Below are positions 34,076 to 34,147 of a DNA stretch of 34,147 nucleotides, one piece after another (the first letter of the stretch is position 1; the number at the start of each line of letters is the position of its first letter). This DNA is from Nemertoderma westbladi (Eukaryota; Animalia; Xenacoelomorpha). The notes below the pieces were generated by a model, which made no database searches, was not told the origin of the DNA, and saw only the letters and a program-made list of their open reading frames with translations. The translations under genes were made by a program, and so were the position numbers. Where the stretch lies: NCBI GenBank assembly GCA_032718475.1, contig JAUCBJ010007619.1, positions 1 through 34,147 of the forward strand, written 5' to 3'.

Positions 34076-34147
34076 TTAACGGTGATACAGTATTTCCCCA
34101 ATAATATACACGTAAATCAGTCTATGTCCATGCCTGTATGTCATTAC

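Overview
Animal (probably invertebrate) genomic DNA, not prokaryotic. Bases 1-17.5 kb hold the last 13 coding exons (2405-17456, + strand, 749 aa when spliced, every intron GT-AG and phase-compatible) of a LAR-family (type IIa, Lar/PTPRF/PTPRD/PTPRS-like) receptor tyrosine phosphatase: juxtamembrane ectodomain, TM helix, active D1 and pseudo-phosphatase D2 domains. About 11 kb of its introns are unrelated tandem arrays (33, 30, 73, 24, 17, 49 and 20 bp units), which produce all the long repetitive ORFs in the track. The most unusual signal is that at least two arrays, and possibly a third, are amplified copies of the gene's own exon-end/5' splice-site junction, including about 170 copies of the last donor. 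Downstream lies decayed transposon sequence: a 63-bp satellite whose monomer sits inside a SINE 12 kb away, Mutator-like remnants with a transposase fragment, an RTE fragment, a rearranged CR1/L2-group (Crack-like) LINE, short foldback MITEs, and a TIR element containing a CRE-like retroelement fragment and a TSD-flanked SINE. All family assignments are from motif recognition by eye; no database search was run.
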